Under the pieces are notes generated by a model. The model did no database searches. It was not told the DNA's origin and saw nothing but the letters and a program-made list of their open reading frames with translations. The position numbers and the translations under genes were made by a program. Below are positions 63,993-64,000 of a stretch of DNA of 64,000 bases, one piece after another. This DNA is from Negaprion brevirostris (lineage: Eukaryota): assembly GCA_030324005.1 (NCBI GenBank), contig JARDVH010000115.1, positions 15,388,675 through 15,452,674 of the forward strand. The letters run 5' to 3'. How positions within the stretch are numbered: position 1 is the first letter of the stretch; each line of letters opens with the position of its first letter.

Positions 63993-64000
63993 TCTCTCCA

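Noticed and set aside
60938-64000. Search for the ATG exon with the GQGGFG glycine loop
   Set aside because: Not found in readable sequence; probably beyond the window or in a gap
1-64000. CRISPR array, operon or other prokaryotic system
   Set aside because: No regularly spaced repeat-spacer array and no gene-dense segment; sequence is vertebrate intronic/intergenic DNA

Overview
Eukaryotic, AT-rich, repeat-dense draft-assembly sequence with many N gaps, almost certainly from a cartilaginous fish (shark/ray), judged by HE1-type V-SINEs, CR1/HER1 LINEs, SacSINE1-like DeuSINEs and shark-type Penelope termini. One protein-coding gene is present: VRK1 (vaccinia-related kinase 1) on the minus strand. 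Eleven coding exons were traced by hand from 60937 to the stop at 23505; all have GT-AG boundaries and phases that join into one open frame, and the ten internal exon sizes (56, 70, 88, 109, 93, 133, 121, 59, 179, 91 nt) match human exons 3-12 as I recall them. The ATG-containing exon was not found and probably lies beyond 64000. Positions 1 to about 22.8 kb are non-coding sequence downstream of VRK1 (in other vertebrates the VRK1-BCL11B gene desert), holding many SINEs and several repeat-free blocks that could be conserved enhancers. No prokaryote-type system (CRISPR, operon, defence island) is visible. Best leads: a 27-nt stop-containing cassette exon candidate that would remove an LC8-motif tail, an S-I-R substitution in the conserved kinase SRR motif, a V-SINE with two interchangeable LINE-derived tails, inverted SINEs flanking an in-frame exon 8-11 block (circRNA candidate), a 91-bp inverted templated insertion, and two ribozyme-like retroelement remnants. 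Repeat family names are from recalled consensus motifs, not database searches, and repeat boundaries are approximate.
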